Notes: generated by a model from the letters alone, not told the origin. A DNA stretch of 64,000 nucleotides from Patescibacteria group bacterium (GCA_038065415.1 JBBTRA010000007.1:34615-98614); one strand, 5' to 3'; shown: positions 27,872 to 37,583, numbered from the stretch's first letter. Numbers and translations: made by a program.

Positions 27872-30424
27872 TTATTTGAGCTCACCCCATGTTCCCCCGA
27901 TTGCACCTTCAGCTTTCATGACAATACCCTTGGTATCCTCCGTACTCATCACCGATTCCATGATCTTCACAATCTGCTTCGAGATTTCTTCTGCCTTTTC
28001 ATCCTTTATCTCATACACGAGCTCGTCATGCACTTGGAGTAACGCATGTGCATCATTCTGCAATCCCTCTTTTTTGAGATATTCATCGATTCTGATCATA
28101 GCTATCTTGATGACATCAGCCTCTGTGCCCTGAATGGGCGCATTGATAGCCATGCGTTCAGCCTGTGCGCGGATATATGGGATCTTGGACTTGATCCCCT
28201 CGAAATATCTCCGACGACCATAGAATGTCTCTGTGTAGCCGCGGCGTGCAGTCTCAGCCTTCACTTCATTGAGATAGTCCGCCAGACGCGAAAATGTGTG
28301 GAAATAATCATCATAAAATTTCTGCGCAGTCGGACGGTCAGTACCGATGCTCTTCTGCAGAGAGGTCACGCCCATACCGTAGAGCATACCGAAATTGATC
28401 GCTTTCGCTTGGCGACGCATCTCTGAAGTAACCGTGTCTTGAGGAACCTTGAATACGAATGAGGCCACAGATGCATGAACATCCTCCCCTCCTTTGAAGA
28501 TCTCTATCATCTTCTCGTCACCAGAAAGGAAAGCTGCGATGCGTAGTTCCATCTGCGAATAGTCGAAGCTGCACAGCCTGAAGCCTCTCTCTGACACAAA
28601 GGCGTGACGGATTGCTTTGCCGAGCTCAGTCTTGATGGGAATATTCTGCAGGTTCGGATTGATGGATGCCATACGCCCGGTCGATGATCCAGCCGAAACG
28701 AGGTGCGAGTGCAGGCGATTCTTGTCATCCAAGAGCGGCGGGATAGCGTCGATATATGTAGAGAGAAGCTTAGTGAGCTCTCGATACTCGAATATGAGCT
28801 TCACGATCGGGTGTAAATCGACTAGTTTTTCCAGCTCGGATTCTTTGGTAGATCGTGCACCACCGGCAGTTTTCTTCATACCTTTTGCCGTCAATCCCAA
28901 TTTATCAAAAAGCACTTCGCCAAGCTGTTTTGGTGAGCTGATGTTGAACTCCATATCTGCCAGCTTCCAAATTTCCTTTTGCAGTCGATTTGCTTCTGCA
29001 TGATATTTCTGCGACAAATCCGTCAATAAAATCTTGTCTACCTTGATTCCCCTCTCTTCCATCTTGTCGGTAATCGAAATGAGTGGCAATTCAATCTCTT
29101 CGTACACCTTACGGAGATTTCTTTTGTCGAGCTCGGTATACACCGTCTTGCGCGCTTTGGCGAAATCGTCAGTATTACCGAAATTAAGTAGGTCTTCGAG
29201 CGTCGGGTTAGTGAGGTTTGAGTTGACGAGCCAGAGTGCGAGAAGAGTCTCCTTGAGGAGTTTGGGGTCGATGGCGCTGTTGAATAACGAAGTGGCTGCA
29301 GGAGCAGCGGCCGAAGAAAGCAGATTCGCTCGGGGTACGCCGTCTGCGTCTGCTGACGCAGCGGCTCGTTCTCCCTCGTCTGCACTCAGTCCGAAAGCCC
29401 CCTCAGAATCTCTTTCTTCGGCCGCTGCAACACTGCTCCCAATAACCTTTTGCAACCTCTGCACCAACGTCCTGAATTCCAACTCCGTCCAGAGCGCCGT
29501 CACTTTCTTGAGATCGAGTCCTTCCCTGAATGTCTTCTCGGGCAATACGAACTCAACCGGCGATTTCCTATTGATCGTCGCTAACATCTTGCTGAATTCA
29601 GCCTCCTCCTTATTGTCTTTCAGGAGTTGGACGATACGCGGAGTGATTCCTGCATCCAAGAATTTCTTCTCATGTCCAGCTTCGAGTTCTTTGTACATAT
29701 TCTCGATCGTACCAAATGTGGTGATCAATATCGTGGCAGTTTTCTCGCCGATGCCTTTCACGCCGATGATATTGTCGGATGTGTCGCCACGAAGGCCTTT
29801 GTAGTCAGGTATGAGCTCCGGACCAAATCCAAATCGTTCACGCACAAGATCCTCATCATAGAGGATGGTATCCTTGATTCCTTTCTTAAGTGTATAGACC
29901 TGAACAACTTTGTCCTTCACCAGCTGGAGCGTGTCCATGTCGCCCGAGGCAATAACAATATCGATACGAGGCGAATCTTTCTTCTTGTCTTCGTTCTGCA
30001 CCCTCACCTGTTCGACGATCGTACCAAGCATATCATCCGCTTCGTACCCTTCCTTGCTGTAGATCGGTATATCGAGCGCCTTGAATATATCGTATGACCT
30101 ATTGATCTGCGTGATGAGATCATCATCTGTTTCTTTGCGCTGAGCCTTGTATCCTTTGTACGCCTCATGACGATAGGTTGGACCCTTCACGTCGAAGCAG
30201 GCAACGATGTAATCGGGCTTGAGACCTTCGATAGCACTAATGAGCATGGCGGAGAGGCCATAGAGTGCACCAGTCGGCTCCCCGCGAGCTGTCGAAAAGT
30301 CAGGGAGAGCATGATATGCGCGATGGAGTATGGCGTGCGAATCGAGCAGGACCAACCTCCTGCTTTCTTGTTTGACCACCTTCGTTTCCTTTTTCTTAGC
30401 TGGTGACATAGGGGCATTGTACAC
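27872..30424 (-). CDS. polA: DNA polymerase I (5'-3' exonuclease plus polymerase domains)
   Basis: 850 aa with a FEN-like N-terminus and polymerase motifs (RRQAKAINFGMLYGMG, QVHDELV). Confidence 0.95.
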   Translation of the reverse strand: MYNAPMSPAKKKETKVVKQESRRLVLLDSHAILHRAYHALPDFSTARGEPTGALYGLSAMLISAIEGLKPDYIVACFDVKGPTYRHEAYKGYKAQRKETDDDLITQINRSYDIFKALDIPIYSKEGYEADDMLGTIVEQVRVQNEDKKKDSPRIDIVIASGDMDTLQLVKDKVVQVYTLKKGIKDTILYDEDLVRERFGFGPELIPDYKGLRGDTSDNIIGVKGIGEKTATILITTFGTIENMYKELEAGHEKKFLDAGITPRIVQLLKDNKEEAEFSKMLATINRKSPVEFVLPEKTFREGLDLKKVTALWTELEFRTLVQRLQKVIGSSVAAAEERDSEGAFGLSADEGERAAASADADGVPRANLLSSAAAPAATSLFNSAIDPKLLKETLLALWLVNSNLTNPTLEDLLNFGNTDDFAKARKTVYTELDKRNLRKVYEEIELPLISITDKMEERGIKVDKILLTDLSQKYHAEANRLQKEIWKLADMEFNISSPKQLGEVLFDKLGLTAKGMKKTAGGARSTKESELEKLVDLHPIVKLIFEYRELTKLLSTYIDAIPPLLDDKNRLHSHLVSAGSSTGRMASINPNLQNIPIKTELGKAIRHAFVSERGFRLCSFDYSQMELRIAAFLSGDEKMIEIFKGGEDVHASVASFVFKVPQDTVTSEMRRQAKAINFGMLYGMGVTSLQKSIGTDRPTAQKFYDDYFHTFSRLADYLNEVKAETARRGYTETFYGRRRYFEGIKSKIPYIRAQAERMAINAPIQGTEADVIKIAMIRIDEYLKKEGLQNDAHALLQVHDELVYEIKDEKAEEISKQIVKIMESVMSTEDTKGIVMKAEGAIGGTWGELK

Positions 30425-30462
30425 CAGAATAGACGGGTTATGAACAAATAAAAAACCGCCCG

Positions 30463-30930
30463 TTAGAGCAGTTTCTGGTCTACCAAAGAATTGATAGCTG
30501 TTCTGGTTTCTTCTATCAGGTCGAGTTTGAGGGCTTCAGCGGCTGTCACCAATGCATATTCATCATGGTCAGCACCGAGCTTGATGTTTCCAGATGACAT
30601 TGTGCAGAGGAAAAATATGCCAACGATCTGAAGCTGTTCCTCGCGCACAACCGGTCGCCACTCTCCCACATAGAATGGACGTCCGATCTCGACATGCAAT
30701 CCAACTTCTTCAATCGTTTCTCGCTGAATGGCATCCCTGAAATCTTCCCCAGTCTTTACTTTGCCACCAGGAAAGTCGTACTTACCTTTGTTGGCGCCTC
30801 CCTCATAGGCCACAGATTCTCTGATGAGCAGGATCTTTGAGTCCTGAATGATCACTGCCCGGACTGCGATGAATTGTTTTGAAATATTCGCGCTCATGAT
30901 AGTGTGCTGTATCGCAGTATACCCCCTCAT
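30463..30930 (-). CDS. NUDIX hydrolase
   Basis: Nudix box GGKVKTGEDFRDAIQRETIEEVGL. Confidence 0.8.
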   Translation of the reverse strand: MRGYTAIQHTIMSANISKQFIAVRAVIIQDSKILLIRESVAYEGGANKGKYDFPGGKVKTGEDFRDAIQRETIEEVGLHVEIGRPFYVGEWRPVVREEQLQIVGIFFLCTMSSGNIKLGADHDEYALVTAAEALKLDLIEETRTAINSLVDQKLL

Positions 30931-30972
30931 CAGGAAATATCAACCACCCTCTTCGCCGCCCATCATCCCAAC

Positions 30973-31503
30973 TTACTCAGCTTTCTTCACCATTTCCATA
31001 TCGATAATGGTAGCTCCACTTTTTAATCTACCTGATTCCTCTATTGTTCTTTTTCCGGTATCTACAAAGCCTAATTTTTTATAAAAACGAATCGCATTTT
31101 CTGTATACTCTGCAACCTGAACATATGTATCCTTTTTAGGATCAAGGAATTCCATAGCTTTATTCCAAAGCCTTGTTCCTATTCCTCTATTTTGGAATTC
31201 TGGCAAAATATATAAAGTTCTTAAATGATTATTATCCTCATTCCTGGCAACAGCACACGCCCCGACAACAAGATCTCCCTTCTTTGCAACCAATCTTTTC
31301 TTGTTTTTTGGCAAATTTCTTATCAATTCTTTTAGGTTTTCTATTTTTTCGACAGAAAATTCATCCTTATAACTATCCTCTATATCATCTACCGTTACAC
31401 CTTTCTCTTTATTTGGGTATGTAGAAAGCCAAGCCTTGTAAAATACATTGGTAATTCCTAACGCATCATCAGGAATAGCATCTAAAATATCGATTTCCTC
31501 CAT
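30973..31503 (-). CDS. GNAT-family N-acetyltransferase
   Basis: Acetyl-CoA-binding motif QNRGIGTRLWNKA. The gene is AT-rich relative to its flanks. Confidence 0.75.
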   Translation of the reverse strand: MEEIDILDAIPDDALGITNVFYKAWLSTYPNKEKGVTVDDIEDSYKDEFSVEKIENLKELIRNLPKNKKRLVAKKGDLVVGACAVARNEDNNHLRTLYILPEFQNRGIGTRLWNKAMEFLDPKKDTYVQVAEYTENAIRFYKKLGFVDTGKRTIEESGRLKSGATIIDMEMVKKAE

Positions 31504-31535
31504 GGCAAAAGTATACCAGACTGGAGCTAAAAATT

Positions 31536-32012
31536 TTATTGAAACTCAATCACTCTCTCTGTATCCTTTTCCCCCACTTTAAAATTGAGCTGCGAATATC
31601 CATCCAAGCCTTCAACCATCTCCTTTACATTCTCCGGCCACTCGATGAGAACCAGATTACCTCGATCCGCTGCGTACGCCTCAAAATCAATCGCACCCAA
31701 TTCCTTTGCGTGCTCAAGCCGATACGCATCGATATGCACCAGTCTCTCCCAAGAAAATCCTTTTGAAGAATCTATAGGATACACCTTCATAATCACAAAA
31801 GTAGGGCTCGTCACATCTTCAGTGATGCCGAGCGTCTGGGCGACGCATTTTGCAAAAGCTGTCTTGCCGGCACCTAGATGACCAGCGAGCCCGACGACCG
31901 TCGCTCCAGATGAAACACCTGTCGACGCCGATCTCTGGGCCGCGGCGCGAACCAGCCACTCTCCCGCTATCTTTGCGGTCTCTTCGGGTGAATGGGAGAT
32001 ATATTTTGCCAT
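31536..32012 (-). CDS. tsaE: tRNA threonylcarbamoyladenosine biosynthesis protein TsaE
   Basis: P-loop GHLGAGKTAFAK and TSPTF motif. Confidence 0.85.
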   Translation of the reverse strand: MAKYISHSPEETAKIAGEWLVRAAAQRSASTGVSSGATVVGLAGHLGAGKTAFAKCVAQTLGITEDVTSPTFVIMKVYPIDSSKGFSWERLVHIDAYRLEHAKELGAIDFEAYAADRGNLVLIEWPENVKEMVEGLDGYSQLNFKVGEKDTERVIEFQ

Positions 32013-32735
32013 GCGGTAATACTACACGCACAAGAGCGATGTCTCAAGGCGTCCCGAATACTGGGTGCCGTCGTAGAGGATGTTAGAACTGTTTTTGAAC
32101 GATTAGGTGATACCACGATTCATCTTCCCACTTTTAATTAACAATAAAAAGAAGGCGCGCGTCGACAAAGTCAAACGCACGCCCACAACTTCTAAACTGC
32201 GAACCGACAAGAGATTTTGGCCGTCGTTAGACAGCCTCCATTCTTGACTCTCCATATTGTCGCCTCACATGTCGACGGGAGGAGAGGCCCTAAACCACCG
32301 ATCGTCACCGATGGAAAAGCAGTTGTTGAGTTCGCTCTGCAACTTTCTGCTTTTTAAAATTTCTTACAGCGGATTTGCTTCTCGGTCACTATAACTGGAA
32401 CAGTAGACGGGAGGGGGACCATTTGGCCGCCGGCCGAATTTAATAAAGTATAGGTCTTCGGGCTTCAGTTTAGACCTACGTTTAGTGTTTGGGGTTTTTC
32501 TTCTAACCTTTGTACTTTTCATATAAGATCCTTTTCCAAGCACGTTAAAGAACTACTGCAATAATAGCATAGTTATTGCTTACTTGTCAATGTCTTGGGT
32601 CCCCAGAGGTCCGTTACTCTGGAGGTGTTAGGTGACGAATGTTGCTTGGAAAGTGTGGCGAGGAAGCCATTTCATTTCTGTGGCAAAAAAGGAAGAACAT
32701 CAAAAATGTATCCCTCCTTCAGTCGAATACTAAAA

Positions 32736-32765
32736 AGCTGCATCCCCTTTCGAAGATGCAGCTGT
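32736..32765 (-). terminator. intrinsic terminator (8-bp stem GCTGCATC/GATGCAGC) downstream of the lipoprotein gene
   Basis: Hairpin followed by TTTTT on the minus strand, immediately 3' of the 32783 stop. Confidence 0.55.
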
Positions 32766-32782
32766 GAATGATGCTTCCGGAC

Positions 32783-33436
32783 TCAACGATAGATCGAGTG
32801 CGGAGGCGACGGTATCGGATGTGTCCGTGGAATGGGGCGGTTCAGGCGGGGTTGTGGTTGATGACCGTATCCTCCACCATGCCCGTATCCCCCTCGGCCG
32901 CTGTACAAATCCTGCGTCCGACGGATCTCGCGCCCTTGCATGTAGTCGGGGCTCCAGTACCTGTCAGGGTAGCTGTTGCCGAAACCGATCACATTGATAC
33001 TGGCCGATGCCTGGAAGACATTACCGAACCAGCTCGTTCTGCACGGAGACGCCGCCACAACCTGTGGTTGTGTAGGAACAGGAATGTAGTGCACCTCTGT
33101 CCGAGGCGCTTGATCCTGCCAGATGTGCGTCGACCCGACACGCGGTGCGCAGGGTTTCGGAGCGCACGGTTTTGGTTCACAGCTTTTCTCAACCTTACTG
33201 TTGCAGGAATTGGAGCATGGGCTCTTTTTCTGTGCCTGCGAACTGACGCTCACCGTGATTTCAAAGACACGAGGAGCGTTGGTTGTTTTTGCTGGTGAAG
33301 GCACCGTGGCGCACAAGCATTTCGCGGACGAAATCACCGTGATTTCATACACACGCTTGGGCGCACGTGCGCGATCGCTCGAGCATCCAGTTGTTGCGAC
33401 GCAGAGCGCCGCTACCATCCATAGTATTTTTTTCAT
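32783..33436 (-). CDS. putative lipoprotein, Cys/Pro/Gly-rich with internal repeats
   Basis: Signal peptide with a lipobox-like sequence (LCVATTGCSS); repeats RVYEITVISS/RVFEITVSVS; KPCAPKPCAP; and a Gly/His-rich tail. GC-rich. Confidence 0.5.
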   Translation of the reverse strand: MKKILWMVAALCVATTGCSSDRARAPKRVYEITVISSAKCLCATVPSPAKTTNAPRVFEITVSVSSQAQKKSPCSNSCNSKVEKSCEPKPCAPKPCAPRVGSTHIWQDQAPRTEVHYIPVPTQPQVVAASPCRTSWFGNVFQASASINVIGFGNSYPDRYWSPDYMQGREIRRTQDLYSGRGGYGHGGGYGHQPQPRLNRPIPRTHPIPSPPHSIYR

Positions 33437-33576
33437 AAAAGTGCAGTCGTGGTACAAAGGACCTCCCTTTGCTTCAAGTTATATTATACCATGTTTAGTG
33501 CATAAAAGTCAATATCCCTGAAATGGCTCTGTAGCGAGCTTTCACAAACCCTCACTTGACGATATAATCATCATCA

Positions 33577-35250
33577 ATGACACTCACCTTCGACGAAGAC
33601 AAGCAAAAGCGTAAGCTCGGCGAGCTGCTCCACAAAGAGGAAGAGGACCTCGTCCAGATACTTTCCGGCAAATACGGCCTGGAATACATCAACCTACTTG
33701 GTATACCTATCAACAGCGATGCACTCCGCCTCATTACCGAGGATACTGCGCGCACCAGCCGCTCAGCAGCATTTGCGCTTATAGACAAAAAGATAAAGAT
33801 CGCGACACGCAATCCCCAGGATGAAAAAGTGCAGGCGCTCATCACCGACCTCAAAACCAAGGGGTATGTGCCGGAAATCTATATCGCTTCAACACAAAGC
33901 CTCGAGAAAGCGTGGAAGATGTACAAGGATCTTTCCTTTGCCTATGAGAGTAAGGCTGGATCACTCGAGATCTCCAATGATGAAATTGCCGCTATCGTTG
34001 AGCAGGCCAAAAGCCTCCCTACTATCATCTCTATCCTAGAGAACACGCTGGCCGGCAAGAAAAGCTATCGCGTGTCTCGTATTCTCGAAACGGCAGTTGC
34101 GGGAGCACTGGCTATCGACGCATCGGATATACACCTCGAACCAGAGCAGACATATGTCCAACTTCGCTACCGTCTCGATGGTGTGCTCCAAGAAGTCGCC
34201 CGATTCGACGTCGAAACCTACGGCCTCATCCTTTCCCGTATCAAACTCATCTCGGGTATGAAGCTCAATATAAAAAAGGACTCACAGGATGGGCGTTTCA
34301 GTATCCACCTCCCTATTGGAGACATCGAGGTGCGCGTCTCTATCTTGCCAGGTGCATACAACGAGTCTGTGGTGATGCGTCTCCTCAACCCTAAATCTAT
34401 CGATGTACCGCTCGAGTCACTCGGCATCAACCCGAAGCTCCTCAATATCCTCCTAAAAGAGATAGACCGACCTGATGGTATGATTCTGACCACGGGACCG
34501 ACCGGGTCAGGAAAGACCACGACACTCTACTCATTCCTGAAGAAGGTGCACAATCCGCAGATCAAGATCGTCACCATCGAAGATCCGATCGAATACCACC
34601 TCCCCGGCATTGTACAGACGCAGGTCAATGACAAGGGCTACAACTTCCTAGAGGGTCTCCGCGCCGCTGTGCGCCAAGACCCCGACATCATCATGGTGGG
34701 TGAAATCCGCGATAATGAGACGGCTGACATCGCGGTCAACTCTGCGTTGACCGGACACCTCGTCTTCTCAACACTCCACACCAATGATGCAGCGGGAACC
34801 TATCCCCGTCTCATCGATCTCGGCGTCAACTCCAAGATCCTTACCTCCGCTATTCGTGTAGCCATGGCGCAACGCCTCGTCCGTAAACTCTGTGAATTCT
34901 GCAAGAAGGAAGTTCCCGTCGAAGGCGAGGTCCAACAGAACATTGAGACCACTTTGCAAGGAGTCGAAGACAAATCACTCATTCCTGCTGATCGTACCAA
35001 GATGTGGGTAGCAGTCGGCTGTGAGAAGTGCAACAAAACCGGCTACAAAGGTCGTATCGGTATCTATGAAGCAATACTTACTGACAAGAAGATCGAAGAT
35101 GCGGTAGAAATGAACCCGAGCGAACGCGAGATCTGGGCTGCAGCACAAGGCCAAGGCCTCCTGACCATGAGGCAAGATGGTACGCTCAAGATATTGCAGG
35201 GCGTAACCTCGATGAGCGAGCTTGAACGCGTGATCGCACTTACTGACTAA
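33577..35250 (+). CDS. pilB: type IV pilus assembly / type II secretion ATPase (PilB/GspE family)
   Basis: Walker A GPTGSGKTTTL, Asp and His boxes, and a C-terminal tetracysteine segment (CEFC...CEKC). Confidence 0.9.
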   Translation: MTLTFDEDKQKRKLGELLHKEEEDLVQILSGKYGLEYINLLGIPINSDALRLITEDTARTSRSAAFALIDKKIKIATRNPQDEKVQALITDLKTKGYVPEIYIASTQSLEKAWKMYKDLSFAYESKAGSLEISNDEIAAIVEQAKSLPTIISILENTLAGKKSYRVSRILETAVAGALAIDASDIHLEPEQTYVQLRYRLDGVLQEVARFDVETYGLILSRIKLISGMKLNIKKDSQDGRFSIHLPIGDIEVRVSILPGAYNESVVMRLLNPKSIDVPLESLGINPKLLNILLKEIDRPDGMILTTGPTGSGKTTTLYSFLKKVHNPQIKIVTIEDPIEYHLPGIVQTQVNDKGYNFLEGLRAAVRQDPDIIMVGEIRDNETADIAVNSALTGHLVFSTLHTNDAAGTYPRLIDLGVNSKILTSAIRVAMAQRLVRKLCEFCKKEVPVEGEVQQNIETTLQGVEDKSLIPADRTKMWVAVGCEKCNKTGYKGRIGIYEAILTDKKIEDAVEMNPSEREIWAAAQGQGLLTMRQDGTLKILQGVTSMSELERVIALTD

Positions 35251-35259
35251 TATACACCT

Positions 35260-35583
35260 ATGCAAAATCCAAACAATCTCGGCGATATGATACGAAAGTT
35301 ACAAGAACAGGTGAACCATGAAATACAGGAGCTTCGTGAGGCGGAAGAAAAACTCCGCGAACTAGAAACCAAGAAGGTCGCCTTGAGTCAGGAGATACCA
35401 CAATTAGAAAAGAAGATACACGCTGAGAAGCACGAGTTATTCGTAGCCGAAACTGAAATACCAAAATTGCGCTCGCAGCTCCAGAAGTTACAGCGCGAAA
35501 AGTTACAACGCCAGAGCCAGCTGGTCATGGCGCAGAAATCTCTTCAGGATGGGATCAGGAACTCTGGCACCAAACTACACTAG
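35260..35583 (+). CDS. hypothetical coiled-coil protein
   Basis: 107 aa of heptad-like K/E/Q-rich sequence directly after pilB. Confidence 0.4.
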   Translation: MQNPNNLGDMIRKLQEQVNHEIQELREAEEKLRELETKKVALSQEIPQLEKKIHAEKHELFVAETEIPKLRSQLQKLQREKLQRQSQLVMAQKSLQDGIRNSGTKLH

Positions 35584-35990
35584 ACGACTAAAAACACCTT
35601 TGACTCCCCTGTCAAAGGCGTGCGGTGAAACTTTTCCCCATTGATTTTATAAACCACAAGAGTAGGATGAGTCCAGATGAGTCTCTATCCGTTCAAACTA
35701 GAGAATCTCTAAGCAATATCTCGGCGCGTGATGCGCCAAGCGAGGTAGAGTCCCGAGGATAATTACAGTACGCAATGCAAGCATTGCAACCAGAATGTCC
35801 TTAGCACTATACCCAAACCTGGGAAGGCCATTGCTTAGAGGTTCACGAGTTCGAAATGAGCACACTCGATTATTCGGCACATCGGGCAAATAGACATATA
35901 AAAATGCGACGCCCTTCGTTCGCATTCCTGATATGCATGTTATACACTACATATGTGACTTCATGCATATCCTAGCATACACATATTAAA

Positions 35991-37001
35991 ATGTCAATAC
36001 CCCCTCCCAATACCCTTCCGGACGAGAAAGACGTGGGTTTTCTCGATCAAACCCTGCGACCTGGACGTTGGGATGAGTATATCGGGCAGAAGAATATCAA
36101 GGATAACCTCCACATACTCCTCACTGCTGCCCAGGAGCGCAAACACCCTCCTGAACACATTCTCTTCTATGGCCCCCCAGGTCTCGGCAAGACTACACTC
36201 GCACATCTTATTGCCAAGGAAACAGGCTCTCAAATGAAGGTAACCTCGGGTCCTGCTATTCTCAAGGTCGGCGACCTCGCTTCGATCGTCACCAATCTTT
36301 CATCTGGTGACATACTTTTTATCGATGAAATACATCGATTGAATAAGGCCATCGAAGAGGTACTCTACCCTGCCATGGAGTCCGGAATGCTCGATATTAT
36401 CATAGGCAAAGGACCGTCCGCAAGGACTATTCAGCTCGACCTTCCCCCGTTCACCCTCATCGCCGCAACCACGAGGATAGCCATGATTTCCTCTCCTCTG
36501 CGATCACGATTCTCCGGAGGAGTATTCAAACTAGAGTTCTATACCAACGAAGAGATTGCTCGCATTATTGAGCGTTCCGCGAAGATACTCGATATCGAGA
36601 TTCATCCTGACGCTGTACGCGAGATCGCCGTCCGTTCACGATTCACTCCTCGTACTGCAAACTACCATTTGAAGAGATGCCGCGACTACGCACAGATTCA
36701 CAAGACAACCCTTACAAAAGAGGTGGTGGAGAAGGCACTCACGATGCTTGGTGTCGATATTCTCGGCCTAACTTCGGCTGATCGAGAAATCTTGAAGGTG
36801 TTGATCACCAAGTTCGGAGGAGGTCCGACTGGCTTGAATACGATTGCGGCTGCTCTTTCCGAGGAACAAGCGACCATCGAAGAGGTATATGAACCATATT
36901 TGATACAGTTAGGCTTACTGGAGCGTACACCGAGAGGGCGCATCGCAACAGATAAAGCGTATGCGCATATGGGCGAGAAGGGTGCGGCGAAGCTTTTGTG
37001 A
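35991..37001 (+). CDS. ruvB: Holliday junction DNA helicase RuvB
   Basis: Walker A LFYGPPGLGKTTLA and overall RuvB length and architecture. Confidence 0.95.
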   Translation: MSIPPPNTLPDEKDVGFLDQTLRPGRWDEYIGQKNIKDNLHILLTAAQERKHPPEHILFYGPPGLGKTTLAHLIAKETGSQMKVTSGPAILKVGDLASIVTNLSSGDILFIDEIHRLNKAIEEVLYPAMESGMLDIIIGKGPSARTIQLDLPPFTLIAATTRIAMISSPLRSRFSGGVFKLEFYTNEEIARIIERSAKILDIEIHPDAVREIAVRSRFTPRTANYHLKRCRDYAQIHKTTLTKEVVEKALTMLGVDILGLTSADREILKVLITKFGGGPTGLNTIAAALSEEQATIEEVYEPYLIQLGLLERTPRGRIATDKAYAHMGEKGAAKLL

Positions 37002-37045
37002 AAATAATGAAGTATACTTTACAGCGATAATCTCACACCAACCAC

Positions 37046-37576
37046 ATGTCCGGCCATAACAAATATTCCAAGATCAAACATATCAAAGCGAAGAACGATG
37101 CTCAAAAAAGCAAGAATTTCGGCAAGCTAGTCCGCCTCATCACCGTAGAAGCAAAGAAGGCGAAGGGTGTCCTCTCTTCCCCAGGCCTCGCCGCAGCGAT
37201 CGAAAAGGCTCGTGGTGAAAATATGCCCAACGACACTATCGATCGCGCTATCAAGAAGGCGACCACTGACAATTCTGCCGATATGGAGTCTATCGTCTAC
37301 GAGAGCTACGGCCCTGGTGGTGTCGCTATCCTCATCGATGCACTCACAGACAACAGGAATAAGGCTGCGCAAGAAATTAAACATATCCTTTCCAAGAATG
37401 GATTCGAGCTTGCCTCCCCTGGTAGTGCATCATGGGCTTTCAAAAAAGAAGGAGGTTCGTGGAACGCGACGACTACTATGCCCCTCGAGGATGCAGATAT
37501 TGAAGTATTGACCAAACTCGTCGAAGAACTGGAGGAGAACGATGAAGTGCAGGAAGTGTTTACGAATGCTGAGTAA
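37046..37576 (+). CDS. YebC/PmpR-family transcriptional regulator (short form)
   Basis: MSGHNKYSKIKHIKAKNDAQKSKNFGKLVRLI, the canonical YebC N-terminus. Confidence 0.85.
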   Translation: MSGHNKYSKIKHIKAKNDAQKSKNFGKLVRLITVEAKKAKGVLSSPGLAAAIEKARGENMPNDTIDRAIKKATTDNSADMESIVYESYGPGGVAILIDALTDNRNKAAQEIKHILSKNGFELASPGSASWAFKKEGGSWNATTTMPLEDADIEVLTKLVEELEENDEVQEVFTNAE

Positions 37577-37583
37577 TATCTGA

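Noticed and set aside
29034-29804. 256-aa plus-strand ORF inside polA
   Set aside because: It is antisense to an unambiguous DNA polymerase I and gives a Ser/Leu-rich low-complexity translation.
32040-32735. Specific ncRNA identities for the ORF-free region (RNase P RNA, tmRNA, SRP RNA)
   Set aside because: I did not find the P4 GGAAAGTCCGGGC motif, a tmRNA T-arm (GGTTCGA.TCC) or tag frame, or the SRP domain IV GGAAG.AGCAGCCA motif on either strand. The region is reported only as an unclassified candidate.
32764-33298. Plus-strand ORFs (77 and 176 aa) overlapping the lipoprotein locus
   Set aside because: The minus-strand frame has a signal peptide with a lipobox, internal protein repeats and a downstream intrinsic terminator. 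The plus-strand ORFs are Arg/Cys-rich mirror artefacts of a GC-rich region.
35698-35925. 75-aa minus-strand ORF in the ORF-poor region before ruvB
   Set aside because: It has no motifs, overlaps multiple stable hairpins and lacks a plausible ribosome-binding context. It is kept only as a caveat under the corresponding finding.
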